A stretch of 63,188 nt of DNA, the filler included, from Octopus bimaculoides (Eukaryota), in NCBI RefSeq assembly GCF_001194135.2. It is 8 parts of 7 records of this genome, joined end to end, with 100 filler letters (N's around TTAATTAATTAA, not from the genome) between each part and the next. Parts side by side here need not be neighbours in the genome. Positions count along the whole stretch, not along the records: positions 60,987 to 63,188 come from NC_069001.1; 7 more parts are not named here. One strand, 5' to 3'. The first letter of the stretch is position 1. The number at the start of each line of letters is the position of its first letter. The translations under genes and the position numbers were made by a program. Of the stretch, positions 62,285 through 63,188 are shown piece after piece. Under the pieces are notes generated by a model. That model did no database searches, was not told the DNA's origin, and saw only the letters and a list, made by a program, of their open reading frames with translations.

Positions 62285-63188
62285 TTTCTTGTTTCACTCA
62301 TTAGACTGTAGCCATGCTGGGGCACCACCTTCAGGAATTTTTAGTGGAATGAATCAACTCCAATACTACTTCTTTCTTTGAAGCCTGGTGCTTGTCATAT
62401 CGGTGTTTTTTGCTGAACCACTAGGTTACGCAGACGTAAACACCACCATATTAATAATTTTATCTGGATGCTTGGAGACTACGATGATCCTTAGCAATAT
62501 CGCTGATGATGGTTAAGTTTTCTTTTCTGACCGTCATCTGTGTTTGCTGTTTGTGTTCAGTCCTTACACACACGCACACACACACACACATGTGTACGCG
62601 TACGTGCCGTGTGCGCATATATTTTGTGTTGAGTAAATTTACTACAGCCCCGTCTTTGCTTTCACTCCATCCCAGATACCGAGACATCAGTTTATGCTTT
62701 ATCTGTTTTAGGATTTCGTCCGCTGTCTATAAATTGCCTAAAAAGGATATCCAATGACCTGCTGACACCATCACGTAAGCAGTTCTGCCTGAAAGCGTGG
62801 AAACTATGGTGATCCTGAGCAAAGTTGTTGAAGAGGGTCAACATTTCGTATAATCTGTCAGTTTCACGTACTTTTGCCATCTGAGATCATTCTTTACACC
62901 TTTCCCCCACATGCCCAAATACATACATGCGCGCGCACACACACGCGTACACGCACACTCACATGTATTTCTTGTGACGTAAATTGCTTTCAGATATTTA
63001 ATTGTTACTCATATTTTGCGTAGTTGTAATGTTGCTACTCAGATTAAGTAATGATTCATTTACTTCTCTTGTGAGATATATACATTTCATAAATGTTCGA
63101 GCTGCTAGGTTGCTGGTCCATAAATACATCAACACCGGTTGTCAAGCATTGTTGGGGGACAAACAGATACAAAGGTATATATATATAT

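Overview
AT-rich, gap-riddled eukaryotic scaffold. The tRNA-derived SINE families and dense (TA)n/(CA)n/(CATA)n/(GATA)n microsatellites look like an Octopus-type cephalopod genome (inference, not database-checked). I recognise no conserved host gene, rRNA, genuine tRNA or CRISPR array. Most ORF-track entries are artefacts of N-runs or microsatellites. The window is mostly decayed transposons: many Penelope-like element (PLE) fragments of at least two GIY-YIG subtypes, CR1-, RTE-, Tx1/L1- and R4/Dong-like LINE remnants, a Helitron Rep remnant, a Tc1 5' end, MITE/foldback elements and at least five SINE-like families. Three observations stand out. (1) Minimal type I hammerhead ribozyme (HHR) folds, read by eye: near-intact at 19460-19492(-), 40825-40908(-), 45126-45184(-) and 45693-45751(+), with several degenerate ones. 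(2) A non-coding 466-nt HHR-bearing tandem unit with a ~290-bp inverted arm at 44986-45945. It looks like a retrozyme or non-autonomous PLE, and its internal copy starts 6 nt from the predicted cleavage site. (3) Two tandem paralogous open frames of unknown function at 57.2-58.9 kb that look like duplicated terminal coding exons. All alignments, translations and folds were done by hand, and coordinates of decayed elements are approximate.
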